NCBI RefSeq assembly: GCF_000143415.4
Contig: NW_003314276.1
Coordinates: 583,630 to 647,629 of the forward strand
DNA from: Selaginella moellendorffii
Lineage: Eukaryota > Plantae > Lycopodiophyta
DNA: 64,000 nucleotides
Reading direction: 5' to 3'
The position numbers and the translations under genes are program-made. Numbering within the stretch: the first letter of the stretch is position 1; every line of letters starts with the position of its first letter. The notes under the pieces are model-generated. The model made no database searches. It had not been told where the DNA came from and worked only from the letters and a program-made list of their open reading frames with translations. Positions 48,956 to 60,898 of the stretch are shown here, in pieces.

Positions 48956-50089
48956 GTAATATGATCAATAACTTTTCAATCTCTTCAATCTTTGTTACCA
49001 TTTGACTACTAATACATGTTATGACTTAAGAGTTAAAAAATCTAATTCACTGCTTGGATTTTTTTGCAAGTAATTGTACCTTTTACAATTGTCCAAATTT
49101 CAACCACTTATGCTTAAGAGATGTACTGATAAGTCATAATATAATTAAAAAAACTAACCTTTAATTTGAATAACTTTCAATTTCATGGATTTGAAGCTAA
49201 TGAGGATAAAATTATTGGTTCTTGCTTTGCAAACATAAGTATATCTTTCACAGATGAATTTTGGTGTTGATGTTTTTATACATTAGTTTTTATATTGTTT
49301 AAAGTAAAGTTAGAGAAACACTGGTAGTCAATTGGATTGAAAAATGCCAAGTACTTGCTATTTGTGGAAGACACAAAAATAAATTATAATTTAAATAATG
49401 TCACTTCTATTTCAATGCAATTTCACATTTTTCATTATCTCAATTATTAAAATTATTCATTTATGTGATTTGTAAAAGTGAATTTTTAGCAATCATTAGA
49501 AAAAAACTTGAATCACTTAAACCATACACCACTATTTTTATATCTTCCTTGTCCAATCCTTAGTGAGGGTGAAAAGAAAAGGCATTTCAAATAAGATATT
49601 AACAATTAAAAAAACCCTTTAAAACAAAAATTTTTTCCTTAAAATTTTTAAAAGTGTAAAGTCCAACTCTACAATTACAATGCGTGTACTAATATTAGTG
49701 TAATGGATTTTGGTAGCCATCGAATTGATTTCAATTCAGACCACTTGCTCCTATATCAAATTGATACAAACTAAACTTTTAGGCTAATTAATATGCACAT
49801 TTTCTATATTCCCTTACTATATTCCATACACTCATATTTGTGGAGGTGAGGGGCACCTTTGATTGTCCTTGAAGAATGCTTGGATTTAGGATTTCAATTT
49901 AGATTTAACTTTTGTATTGTCTAGATCTAACTTTTTGCATTGTTTAGATCTCCTTTTCCTTTTAGCTTTTTTTTGCATTTATTTTCTTTTATTTTTTCCT
50001 TTTCATTCATCTTTATGGCAAATCAGCAATCTCCTCCTCTTTTGACTTTAAAGTAACAATTGGTATAATTGCTTGATGTTATGCGATTG

Positions 50090-50640
50090 CAATTAAACAA
50101 CCAAATTCAATTGATGGCGGCATTCATGACACGTGGTGCAATTCCTCCTGTTCTTGGTGCCAATCCTCATGTTCAACCAGAGTTCTTTCGCAGGAATTCT
50201 AGGGATGATGTGTACCATTAGTTCGATCACTTCACAATGATTGGGACATATTATTCTTGGGATGATGCTCAATGTTTGCGTGAGTTTCCCACATGTCTCA
50301 AAGGGACAGTGTTGCCATGGTACAATGGTCTGAGCGCAGCCATTCATGGGGATTGGAGTGTTCTCTTGGACGTCTTCAAACACGCATTTGAATATGTCAA
50401 TGATTGTGATGATGCCTTTTAATAATTGCATCATCTTTGTAAAGGGCCATCTAAGTTGGTGATGTAATTTGGCATTCATTTCTGAAGCCTCTTGCTTCGT
50501 GTGGAACCAAATATGTTAGAGCGGATCAAGATAGGAATGTTGTGGCTAGCACTTTATCAAGATTTTGTCAAAATTGTGCATGCACTTGCTCCTACCACCC
50601 TTAACAATGCTCTTCGCTTAGCATAACATTATGAGATGTC
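50090..50640 (+). mobile_element. Decayed Ty3/Gypsy gag fragment
   Basis: FDHFTMIGTYYSWDDAQCLREFPTCLKGTVLPWYNGL..DWSVLLDVFKHAF resembles retrotransposon gag; stop codons are present. Confidence 0.6.
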
Positions 50641-51254
50641 AATTTTTTCCACTTCTCGCTACATGTCCTTCAGCTCCACTTTCTGTGGGTGATAGTCCTG
50701 TTCTAATGGAGGTTGATGCTGCTACTGCTTGAGTCCAAGGACAAGGGCAAAGACGTGGTCGTGCTTGTGATGTTTGTTACTGGGCCACTCTCTTCTCATG
50801 TTTTTGATGAGTTTGTTATTTCAGCATCTATAAATTTTCTAGATGAGGATTCCTATTGGCGGTTACTATATTTGACATTCAGTGTTCACAAAGTGCAAAG
50901 CAAAATTTACCTTCTCTTGATAATGTTCGCAAGGCTCAAAAAATTGAGTCATGGATTCAAAGGCTTTAAAATGGGTTTGAAAATCTTACATCACTTATTA
51001 ATGGCTTGCTATTCTAGCATTTACATTTTTAATATCACTTTGAAAACAACCTTATTTATTTTGTGGGGATGGATGCTAATGATCATTTATAACTGGTGGT
51101 GCCTTCGCTATAGAAGACCATTAAAGTTCTTTTGTAGATGGGCCGGGATCTAGAGGAATGTCAAGACGAGGCATTGATAGATCTATAGGTGGTATTAATT
51201 GTTCTTAATCCCATAATTTCTAAGCATTTCTGCATAATTTCTACATTGGTCTAC

Positions 51255-52450
51255 AAAAGCTGCTGTGATGAGCTATTTTTTCTTTCTTGTAACTTGGGTC
51301 TTCACCAACTTGGGACTTGGAAGGAGAGTCCAATCCACCTATACTTCAACTAGCTGGTAAAAAACGTTTTGATGCTAAGCAAAGAAAGCTGAAGGAGTTT
51401 CACTCGGAAGACCCTAAAGAATTGTGTGTGCGTGATTAAGGAAAGGCTTTGAAGGTATTGAATCTCTATGTATTTAACCATGTGATCTACAGCTTGATGA
51501 GGACATCGACTTAGAAACCTTGGGCAACTCACATGCAGAAGAAACTTTGTCAGATCTCGACAATGAGGAGGTAAATAACATTCAACAGTCGTATCTCAAT
51601 TGAGTTCATGTCCTTTGCCTACAGAAGAATTCTTACTTGAACAACAATGAGGAAGTACGATTGAAAACTGTCATCTGGACGGAAATGAACAAGAATACCC
51701 TCAGGTGTTTGTCTAATACTTCAGCTGTCAGGTGTTTTAAAACTCACAGGAACTGGAAAGGAAGCAGCAATAATAGCTGCAAGTGAAGATGCACAGGGCA
51801 GAGTCCGCGGCAGAGGCAGCACGTCAGATGCTGGAAGTAAAGGTGAGAAAGAGTATGTAGATTGATAACATTTTGAAAGCTGCTAAAGATATGCTCGCTT
51901 ATTTATGTACATAAAGATCACGAGTTAACTTCGATGTTCTGGACAAGCTATTTGACGGAGAGATATGAGCGAAAGCATTCTTCTCGATCAAGTTCGTCAA
52001 TGTTTGATTCAAAAACAGGAGCTGTGGCTCTGTCAGAGATTTTCTCTGGAACTGGTCCGGAGGTTTATTTTCAGCAATTTTTCTCGATTTTTTTTGCCTG
52101 GACTTCGACTGGCGTGAGGAACAGGAATTGTTTCATTGAAGTGCACGAACCTTTTCGGAGCTTGCGACGGCGCAGCGGCGATGTCAGGGGCCGATGCCTC
52201 GTCCAGATGTCATTGAAGGCCGATCAAAGGAGAATCCGCAAGGATTGGTGGACATAAAATGATCTCTAAAACTCCCAGAAGATGGAAATGCGATCAATCT
52301 CACTGTTATGGACGAGAAGAAAGAAGTGGAATATCAATGCGATGGACAAGAAAATGGAAACGAAGGAGGAGAAGAGGAAGAGGAAGAAGAAGATTCGAGG
52401 GAGGACTCTATGCGCAAACGCAAGAAGAGTACTACGAAGAGTATTAAAAC
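51255..52450 (+). pseudogene. BRF1 pseudogene fragment (C-terminal half) with an internal inverted piece at about 52020-52220
   Basis: ETLSDLDNEE|..YLNNNEEVRLKTVIWTEMNK, AAEAARQMLEVK, RVNFDVLDKLFD and GGLYAQTQEEYYEEY*. Confidence 0.78.
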
Positions 52451-52639
52451 GATTATCACTCAGCCAGCTCTCTTCTTGTTAGGATCCTGGGTGGGAAAAA
52501 TCCCCCTTTCTAAGCGGGATTTTGTGAAAATCCCACTAGTGTTTTCCCTGTGAGTGTCTAGCGGGCGATGCAGTGTTGTTTCTGCTTGTGCGGTCTTTCT
52601 TTCAGTTTTTACCCACGATCATTATTTACAAGTTTAAGA

Positions 52640-53829
52640 GTGGCTGACCATGATCAAGACAGGCTCTCACGGCAGAAGAGCTCGTCCAGTCGATTTATTC
52701 TTAAATGTGAATGAAGCTCCACAGCCACGGATGGCTCAAAGGTGAGGGTTCGATTCCCCGATTTTTACTTTGGTTTCTGGCAAGGAAGACTTTCCAATTC
52801 TACTCCTGGAAGTCCGACCAAGATTCCCAAGCATGAGCAAGAACAAGCGCCGAGGCTAGAAGAACATCCCATGATGGCAAGGCCTGTCGATCCGAGTCTA
52901 TTTAGATAGTATGAGTTTTTCAGCTATTCTACTGTCTCGTGACTGACGTTGGCATTAAGCAATGGCTCCTTCGGACGGATAGATGATGCCATTGCGAATC
53001 CCGCGTTAAGAATTTCTGTCAGCATGAAGCGGGAGAATTTCTGTCAGCATGAAGCGGGATTGGATTCAGGTCAGCTCGATTACATTTTGAATTCGCTTCA
53101 CCAAGTGGAGTTTTGTTGCGGCTCAAATTCACGGTTTTGGTGATAAGACTGCACTTACTTTCGCTGCTTGATGCCTATGTCTGCATGCAGGTGAGTGTTG
53201 TCCATGTTTGCGCGGCAATATAGTAGAACAATCTAAATAACCGTCAAGCTTCCTGATTCTGTATTCCCAAACTCGACAAGTCTCTGCCATTTTAAATAAA
53301 AAACTTGTAGCCCGAGGAGTTCGAGGTTAAAGCAAAAAAGTTGGAACTTCAGGAGCCTGTTAATTTCAAAGGACATTTAGCCGAAATTCTTTGCGAACAT
53401 AAAGAACAAGGTGCGCCTCTGTGCAGAAGCTGCTTTGACAAGGCTTTTTTTTTTTTTTCCCCTACTCATCTGCTTTTCAGTTTATGAAAGGAAAGTATCT
53501 GGAAGGAGAGTCTGCATTTCAACGAGCCCAAAATTTTGATGCTGAAGGAGTACCCTGAAGAATCGCCTGTGCATGGTAAAGGAAAGGCTTCGAAGGTACT
53601 GCATCTCTTGTTTGCTTATGTATTTAACTATGTGATCAGTTAGCCATGTCCGAAAGTTTCTTGGAAGATTTTCAAAAAAGTACAATTCCGGAAACTCTGG
53701 GCAACTCAGGTGTGGAAGAAACTTTGTCGGACCTCGACGACGAGGAGGTAAATAACGTTCAACAGTTGTATCTCAAGTTCATGTCCTTTGCCTACAGATG
53801 AATGCTTACTTGAACAACACCAAAGAAGT
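52640..53829 (+). pseudogene. BRF1 pseudogene (cyclin-repeat to TBP-binding region), interrupted by a Copia element
   Basis: RLEEHPMMARPVDPSLF, ANPALRISVSMKRDWIQ (with a 25-bp duplication), EEFEVKAKKLE, ILCEHKEQG..LCRSCFD and ETLSDLDDEE|MNAYLNN. Confidence 0.78.
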
Positions 53830-55875
53830 TGATGAGAGAAGCCAGGCCTCACGGTCTAGCGCTCTATAGAGAATGAGAACACTCCCAGAACAATCCCCTG
53901 GGATGGATCTCACACAGGACGGGAAAGAAAACTAAGAAAGCCCTAAACTAAAGGAATGCGACTCAAGCCAGGTGGCTGTATGCCACGTGGCTCTAACACT
54001 GGTACACCTGGATCTTTATCACCAGCGTGACCATTCCCGCCCACCTAGCCGGAGCCCTGTGAGGACAGGTCACATATTCCAAGTGCTTCTCGATGTTTGG
54101 AGAAAATACTAGGTGGAAGAGCCTTAGTGAGCCTTAGTGAATATATCAATAACCTGGTCCTCAGTGCCACATGTCAGCTCTCCTCCCATCACTTGTTCTC
54201 TGATGTAGTGGTATTTTATTTGTATATGCTTTGTCCTGAGTGATATCTCGGATTCTCTGAAAGAGCAATTGCCGATTGATTGTCCGAGAGAATGACCGTG
54301 GGTCCTTGTTGCCGTAGCTGCATACTCGCTACAAGCTCACGAAGCCAGCTCGCCTCCTGTGCTGCTCCTGTCAAAGCTAGATACTCTCACAGCTTGCCGC
54401 TCTCCAAGTTACCACTCCATCACCAAGGAAAAAGCAATAGCCGGATGTAGACTTCCTGTCGTCTAAATCCCCTGCATAATCTGCATCGGCATAGCCTTCC
54501 AAAATAAATGCGTGACCAGAAACCTGCCGTTGATAGCTCAAGCCAAAATTAGCAGTGCCTCTGAGATAGCGCAAGATGCGCTTCACAGCTTGCCAATGTT
54601 GCCAGCCTGGATTCGCCATATGCTTAGCCACCTCTCCCACAGAATAAGCAATGTGGGTACAAACAGCCAAGTAGATTAAGCATCCAACGACCTGGCGATA
54701 TGGCAGAAGCTCCATCTGTTGCTTCTCAGCCTCACTAGGAGACATCTCAGCAGACAAATGAATACTTGCTTGCATTGGAGTAACAGAAGGTTCTCAAGCC
54801 CAAACCTGCGCAATACTTCCTCCACATAAGCTCGTTGTGAGACAAAATTGAAAGCTGAGCGTGGATCTTCCTCTGGTGCGGCACCACATTTTAAAAGTCG
54901 ACGCCGAAATGATGGTGACGATGAAAACTCTTCCGCTGCGGCTAATGGCTTGTCATGGATGACTCGAGGAGTAGAGGTGGATACCACAAGCCGTGTTCTT
55001 TGGCTCGATTTGGCAGCAACGAATCACTCAACTTTTGACCATGAGCTATTTTTGGAGATGAGGAAATGACCTGGCCAAGTGCGACTCACAGATAACAGCT
55101 TGGAGGAAGAAGACGATGCCATCCTGTCCTAGCGTCTATGGCACTGATCGTGCCAAAAAAATTTAACCTAATGCTCTGATACCATGATGAGAGAACGAGA
55201 AGCTTCCTTGAAGTTCATTGGACCGAATCTTGTAAATATCTTGATTTGAAAACTTACTTTACATTTTGCTATTCCATGACACAAACAATTTGCCTGCATT
55301 GTTTCCCTTCTTGAGCTCCTTGGCCACAAGGGTGTGCGGTGCAGCTGAGGAGATCGATGATGCAGCTGTAGTGAGCGATGTTTGGATGCATGGGGTTGGC
55401 CGATTCCTCGATGATAGCAGGAGTATCTGGCAGTTGCGGACTGTGTTGTTTGCTCTGGTTTTGAATTTGTTCAATACTTCCTAGTGCAATGTCGTGAGAA
55501 ACAAACAAGAGTTGTTTCGTGGAAATGCACAAACCTTTTGGAGCTCGCGACGGCAGCAGCACCAGCGATGTCAGCGGCGGATCCAGTTCCAGACGAAATT
55601 GCGGACAGAGCAGCAGCTTGTGAAGCTTTGCTTGCAGCTATTACTCCTTCCTTGCCTTCCAGTTGAGTTTTAAAATGTGCTGGCAGGACAAACGTGAGCT
55701 GCCTACCTGAAGGTCTTCTTTGTTCATTCCCGTCCAGGTGACAGTTTTCAATCGTACTTCTGTTAGAACGTGGCGTACAGCCACCTGGCTTTCTTAGTTT
55801 TCTTTCCCATCCTGTGTGAGATCCATCTTAGGGATTGTTCTATTCTCTATAGAGTGCTAGGCCGTGAGGCCTGGC
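53830..55875 (-). mobile_element. Internally deleted Ty1/Copia LTR retrotransposon with short LTRs; right LTR split by an inversion
   Basis: Left LTR TGATGAG..CTAACA at 53830-53998. RT/RNaseH remnant PYRQVVGCLIYLAV..GYADADYAGDLDDRKSTSGY. PBS TGGTATCAGAGC (reverse complement at 55173-55184). The right LTR is 55185-55195 plus inverted 55761-55875. TSD GAAGT. Confidence 0.9.
55196..55760 (-). pseudogene. Inverted chimeric BRF1/OEP40-like fragment
   Basis: Reverse complement of about 58848-59422. Confidence 0.8.
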
Positions 55876-55997
55876 AACCAACCTTTCAGATATACGTGCC
55901 AAACAGAGCTTGGTCCTACTGATTAGCGTGAGGCCTCCGTAAAAGAATGAGTTTGTAAAAGTCCACCACTGTGATTATGATGGAAGAAAGACGGGCT

Positions 55998-57323
55998 CTA
56001 CTGCTTGGTGTCCTTAAACCACCAGTTTGCTGGAACTCCAAGTTCTGCCTTGAGATAGTCCGATCTCTTGTTCACCAGCGCGATATCCCGGGTGCCTGAG
56101 ACACTGAAGGGCTTGCTCGGCCCTTGGTAGCCATCAACCAGGTGAAGCAAGGCCTCCAAGTTGTGCAGATCGGTCAAGCCACCATCTTCCCTCAGAAACG
56201 GAGAGATGTCGCTGCTGAGCTCAAACTCGGTGCCAACATGGGTGTAGGCCCATGGGAACCTGTGGAAGATGAGCGAGATGATGTCACAGCTGTCCTCGTT
56301 GACAATCACCCCTGGAACTTTGGGCACCAGGTCTGCGCCATTGCGTGTCTGGAGGACTTTGAGCCCGAGCTCGAGGCACCTGTTCTTGAAACCCCGGTTC
56401 CCAACTCGGGGTGCCGAGAACGTGAAGACGGACACCGGGGTATTGCTCCCGGGCAGCCCAAGCTCTGTCACGTCGTAGGCGCTGAGGAGTGCAAGCGCGC
56501 CACCCAGGCTGTGGCCCGTGAACGTCATACTCAGCTGCTCGCCCTGGTAGAGCCCGACCAATCGCTTGATCTCCGAGTGGAGCTGCTGCCTCGCGCTCAT
56601 CCCGGCCTGATCGCCGGGGACTGGAGACGTGTAGATGCTGAGAAATCCCGTCTCCACTTTCACGCCTTTGGTGTTGTGATCCGTGGGGTCGAGCCCGGTG
56701 GGGCGGAGGAGATCCTTGAGGTTCTCGATCCACTCGAGCTGCGTCACCGTCCCGCGCCAGGCCACCACAATGTCGCGGCGTCCCAACCGTCGGATGGCCT
56801 CGTCCGACGTGGCAACCGCCACGAAGCCCATCCAGTTGGTGTCCGACGTCCACGAGTCGTCGCCGGGTTGGGCGTTGGAATTGGAGCGCTTGAAGAAGCT
56901 GGGCAAGCCCAGCTGCGATGTTGCGTAGAGATAGGCCGTGATTTCGTATCCCGTGCTTGGGAGTCCCACGGATTGGAGGAGCTCCTCCTTGGAGAACTTT
57001 GTGTCTCCACAGAATTCCGAGCCCTCGCTGTATTCGAAGCCGTCGTAGCAAGCCTGCGCGAATTCGCCGTATCGGATGATCTCCCGCCGGAGCCGCTTGT
57101 CGATGGAGGCGTTGGCGGGCGGGAGGAGCGGACTCCAGTGGCATGCATCCCGCCAGCCTGGGGTCAGCACCAGCTGCGTCTCCTCCAGCTCCACAACGCG
57201 CGCGCCATGACCATCTCCTTCAGATCTCTCCAACGTTCTTCTCTTGAATGAGAATGACAATGAATCTCCTTCTCTCTCCAACGTCCTTCTCTTGAATGAC
57301 AGTGACAATGAAACTCGTTCCAT
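55998..57323 (-). CDS. Phospholipase A1 (DAD1-like), copy 3
   Basis: Intact ORF with the GHSLG/D/H triad. The ATG of MERVSLS is at about 57323. Confidence 0.92.
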   Translation of the reverse strand: MERVSLSLSFKRRTLEREGDSLSFSFKRRTLERSEGDGHGARVVELEETQLVLTPGWRDACHWSPLLPPANASIDKRLRREIIRYGEFAQACYDGFEYSEGSEFCGDTKFSKEELLQSVGLPSTGYEITAYLYATSQLGLPSFFKRSNSNAQPGDDSWTSDTNWMGFVAVATSDEAIRRLGRRDIVVAWRGTVTQLEWIENLKDLLRPTGLDPTDHNTKGVKVETGFLSIYTSPVPGDQAGMSARQQLHSEIKRLVGLYQGEQLSMTFTGHSLGGALALLSAYDVTELGLPGSNTPVSVFTFSAPRVGNRGFKNRCLELGLKVLQTRNGADLVPKVPGVIVNEDSCDIISLIFHRFPWAYTHVGTEFELSSDISPFLREDGGLTDLHNLEALLHLVDGYQGPSKPFSVSGTRDIALVNKRSDYLKAELGVPANWWFKDTKQ

Positions 57324-57684
57324 GATCTCGATGCTCGCTCTGATGGGCTTGGACAATTGTTGATACGCCTATCGATCGATCAGCTCGTCCTTGACGAGTA
57401 TGGTGTCAATGAATCAGATGATCGCTTCCTAAGGAACTTCTCCCCTTGTTGTTTCTCCCTTCGTGTAGATTGCTGGTGGAATGCTGAGATTGTGGCAGAG
57501 GATTTATAGCAGTATCGCTTTCGAAGTTTGCCACCGGGTCAAAAGCATATACGAAATTCTCGCGTTGATCTCTCCAATTTCTTCTCGAATGGGAAGCATA
57601 ATAGTCAAAGTTCAAACCACCAGGGTCAACTATAGACAAGGAGGTATCGCGTCTTTGACCAGCAGACTTTCACTGAACTTTCAC

Positions 57685-57905
57685 CTCTCATCCGTCCAGT
57701 AAAGCAACAAGTTGAGAGGTCGGGATCAGTGTTCTCCTCCTTTTCACCTGGTGATCAAAGGTTTAGATTGGAAGTCTTGACGCCAGGTTTCCTTGACGAA
57801 TTGCCCAGAGTCTCGATCAAGGAAAGGCTCCCAAGAGTGGCGCCATCACACTCTGGGGCCACCACACTCTTGGAATCCCTGGCTGCTGCTGGCGATCGGG
57901 CACAT
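57685..57905 (-). pseudogene. RING gene 3' fragment carried with PLA1 copy 3 (also at about 61270-61470 with copy 4)
   Basis: tccgtccagtaaagcaa..gaggtcgggatca..ttctcctcc matches 28899-28948. Confidence 0.8.
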
Positions 57906-58339
57906 GTGAACAATGAGATGGACACAGATGGATCCGACCTGGCAGGAAGAATGGATGCAGGGGCAAAAAAAGTGGTGGGGAAGAGGATTGGCTTGGAACG
58001 GTGCAACGCGCAATGATCAAATCACGGTGAGGGTTTTGACTCAGCCTGGGCTTATGCCCATTTTAGAACCGCTACAACGTTTCTAATATTTACTGGTTTG
58101 CTTAAAATGTAATTAGATATACTTATTAATATTAATATTTAATTAGATTAATCTTGTATTTATAATAATTTATGGTTTGCTTAAGCAAAAGTGAAATATA
58201 TTTAATTCTACCAAATAATTGTTATTCATTTAGATTAATCTTGCATTTATAATTTCCAAACATGTTTATAATTTATAACTTTCCTAAACTCTTTATAATT
58301 TATTTTTGGTGTGCTTAAGCAAACTTGTAGGGATATACC

Positions 58340-58740
58340 ACCACAGATCCAGCATCGAGCAGTAGTGTCTGGGCTGAGGCTTGAATCCACAGTCATTGCT
58401 CATCGAAACGAGAACTCGCGTCCCTTGCCTGCGTGGCTGCAAGCAACCAAAGCACTCACATACGCAACTTGGTCGGGGATCATCTCACGAAAGCGGTCAA
58501 TCGCTTGCATCGGAATGACTACATGCAGAGATCACTGATGTCCACGACACAACGTTCGATGGGAGAATGGTGCCAGGATGGAGTTCCAGGAAACGATGTT
58601 CCTCTCCCAGATGCCCTTGTTGGGCATTCCCCCAGCTCCATAGCTCGCACTCGGGCTCTTGACGCTGTGTTCCAGGTCACAAAGCTGGTGCACAACAACG
58701 AGGCCCAAGATGCTGCCAAGAGCCCGAGGTCTCCTCCATA
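58340..58740 (-). pseudogene. Decayed PPR fragment
   Basis: ERNIVSWNSIL, NVVSWTSVISA, PDQVAYVSALVACSHAG and KPQPRHYCSMLDL, spread across frameshifts. Confidence 0.75.
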
Positions 58741-58779
58741 AGCTGCTTCTTAGTTTTTAGTTTTAAGAAAATGGAGGCC

Positions 58780-59422
58780 TCGTTCAACAGTCGTATCTCA
58801 AGTTCATGTATTTTGCCTACAGATGAATGCTTACTTGAACAATGCCGCAATTGAAAACTGTCTTCTGGACGGAAATGAACAAAGGAGACCTTCAGGTAGG
58901 CAGCTCACGTTTGTCCTGCCAGCACATTTTCAAACTCAAAGCAATAGCTGCAAGCAAAAGTTGCACAAGCTGCTGCTCTGTCTGCAATTTCGTCTGGAAC
59001 TGGATCCGCCGCTGACATTTCTGCTGCTGCTGCTGCTGCAGCTGCTGTTGCGAGCTCCAAAAAGTTTGTGCATTTCCACGAAGCAACTCTTGTTTGTTCC
59101 TCACGCCATTGCACTAGGAAGTATTGAAATAAGGCTTGCAATACAAAGCAAATTCAAAACCAGAGCAAACAACACAGTCCGCAACTGCCAGATACTCCTG
59201 CTATCATCGAGGAATCGGCCAACCCCATGCATCCAAACATCGCTCACTACAGCTACATCATCGATCTCCTCAGCTGCACCGCACACCCTTGTGGCCAAGG
59301 AGCTCAAGAAGGGAAACAATGCAAGCAAATTGTTTGTGTCATGGAATAGCAAAATGTAAAGTAAGTTTTCAAATCAAGATATTTACAAGATTCGGTCCAA
59401 TGAACTTCAAGGAGGCTTCTCG
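58780..59422 (+). pseudogene. Chimeric BRF1 fragment fused to the OEP40-like 3' end
   Basis: MNAYLNN..LKTVFWTEMNK (BRF1), then ccagagcaaacaacaca.. and VAKELKK matching about 22988-23250. Confidence 0.78.
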
Positions 59423-59572
59423 AACCAAAACTCTATAGGCCATTGCAAGCGTGCCACCTTTCAGATATACGTGCCAAACAGAGCTTGGTCCTACTGATTA
59501 GCGTGAGGCCTCCGTAAGAGAATGAGTTTGTAAAAGTCCACCACCGTGATCGTGATGGAAGAAAGACGGGCT

Positions 59573-60898
59573 CTACTGCTTGGTGTCCTTAAACCACCAG
59601 TTTGCTGGAACTCCAAGCTCTGCCTTGAGATAGTCCGATCTCTTGTTCACCAGCGCGATATCCCGGGTGCCTGAGACACTGAAGGGCTTGCTCGGCCCTT
59701 GGTAGCCATCAACCAGGTGAAGCAAGGCCTCCAAGTTGTGCAGATCGGTCAAGCCACCATCTTCCCTCAGAAACGGAGAGATGTCGCTGCTGAGCTCAAA
59801 CTCGGTGCCAACATGGGTGTAGGCCCATGGGAACCTGTGGAAGATGAGCGAGATGATGTCACAGCTGTCCTCGTTGACAATCACCCCTGGAACTTTGGGC
59901 ACCAGGTCTGCGCCATTGCGTGTCTGGAGGACTTTGAGCCCGAGCTCGAGGCACCTGTTCTTGAAACCCCGGTTCCCAACTCGGGGTGCCGAGAACGTGA
60001 AGACGGACACCGGGGTATTGCTCCCGGGCAGCCCAAGCTCTGTCACGTCGTAGGCGCTGAGGAGTGCAAGCGCGCCACCCAGGCTGTGGCCCGTGAACGT
60101 CATACTCAGCTGCTCGCCCTGGTAGAGCCCGACCAATCGCTTGATCTCCGAGTGGAGCTGCTGCCTCGCGCTCATCCCGGCCTGATCGCCGGGGACTGGA
60201 GACGTGTAGATGCTGAGAAATCCCGTCTCCACTTTCACGCCTTTGGTGTTGTGATCCGTGGGGTCGAGCCCGGTGGGGCGGAGGAGATCCTTGAGGTTCT
60301 CGATCCACTCGAGCTGCGTCACCGTCCCGCGCCAGGCCACCACAATGTCGCGGCGTCCCAACCGTCGGATGGCCTCGTCCGACGTGGCAACCGCCACGAA
60401 GCCCATCCAGTTGGTGTCCGACGTCCACGAGTCGTCGCCGGGTTGGGCGTTGGAATTGGAGCGCTTGAAGAAGCTGGGCAAGCCCAGCTGCGATGTTGCG
60501 TAGAGATAGGCCGTGATTTCGTATCCCGTGCTTGGGAGTCCCACGGATTGGAGGAGCTCCTCCTTGGAGAACTTTGTGTCTCCACAGAATTCCGAGCCCT
60601 CGCTGTATTCGAAGCCGTCGTAGCAAGCCTGCGCGAATTCGCCGTATCGGATGATCTCCCGCCGGAGCCGCTTGTCGATGGAGGCGTTGGCGGGCGGGAG
60701 GAGCGGACTCCAGTGGCATGCATCCCGCCAGCCTGGGGTCAGCACCAGCTGCGTCTCCTCCAGCTCCACAACGCGCGCGCCATGACCATCTCCTTCAGAT
60801 CTCTCCAACGTTCTTCTCTTGAATGAGAATGACAATGAATCTCCTTCTCTCTCCAACGTTCTTCTCTTGAATGACAGTGAAAATGAAACTCGTTCCAT
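59573..60898 (-). CDS. Phospholipase A1 (DAD1-like), copy 4
   Basis: Intact ORF, 3575 bp from copy 3. The ORF track shows one amino-acid difference (SLS/SFS). Confidence 0.92.
   Translation of the reverse strand: MERVSFSLSFKRRTLEREGDSLSFSFKRRTLERSEGDGHGARVVELEETQLVLTPGWRDACHWSPLLPPANASIDKRLRREIIRYGEFAQACYDGFEYSEGSEFCGDTKFSKEELLQSVGLPSTGYEITAYLYATSQLGLPSFFKRSNSNAQPGDDSWTSDTNWMGFVAVATSDEAIRRLGRRDIVVAWRGTVTQLEWIENLKDLLRPTGLDPTDHNTKGVKVETGFLSIYTSPVPGDQAGMSARQQLHSEIKRLVGLYQGEQLSMTFTGHSLGGALALLSAYDVTELGLPGSNTPVSVFTFSAPRVGNRGFKNRCLELGLKVLQTRNGADLVPKVPGVIVNEDSCDIISLIFHRFPWAYTHVGTEFELSSDISPFLREDGGLTDLHNLEALLHLVDGYQGPSKPFSVSGTRDIALVNKRSDYLKAELGVPANWWFKDTKQ

Noticed and set aside
50713-51153. 146-aa hydrophobic ORF
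   Set aside because: It has a non-ATG start in AT-rich decayed repeat DNA and no motif.
52735-52765. B-box-like GGTTCGATTCCC (similar motif at 38698)
   Set aside because: No A box or cloverleaf can be supported.
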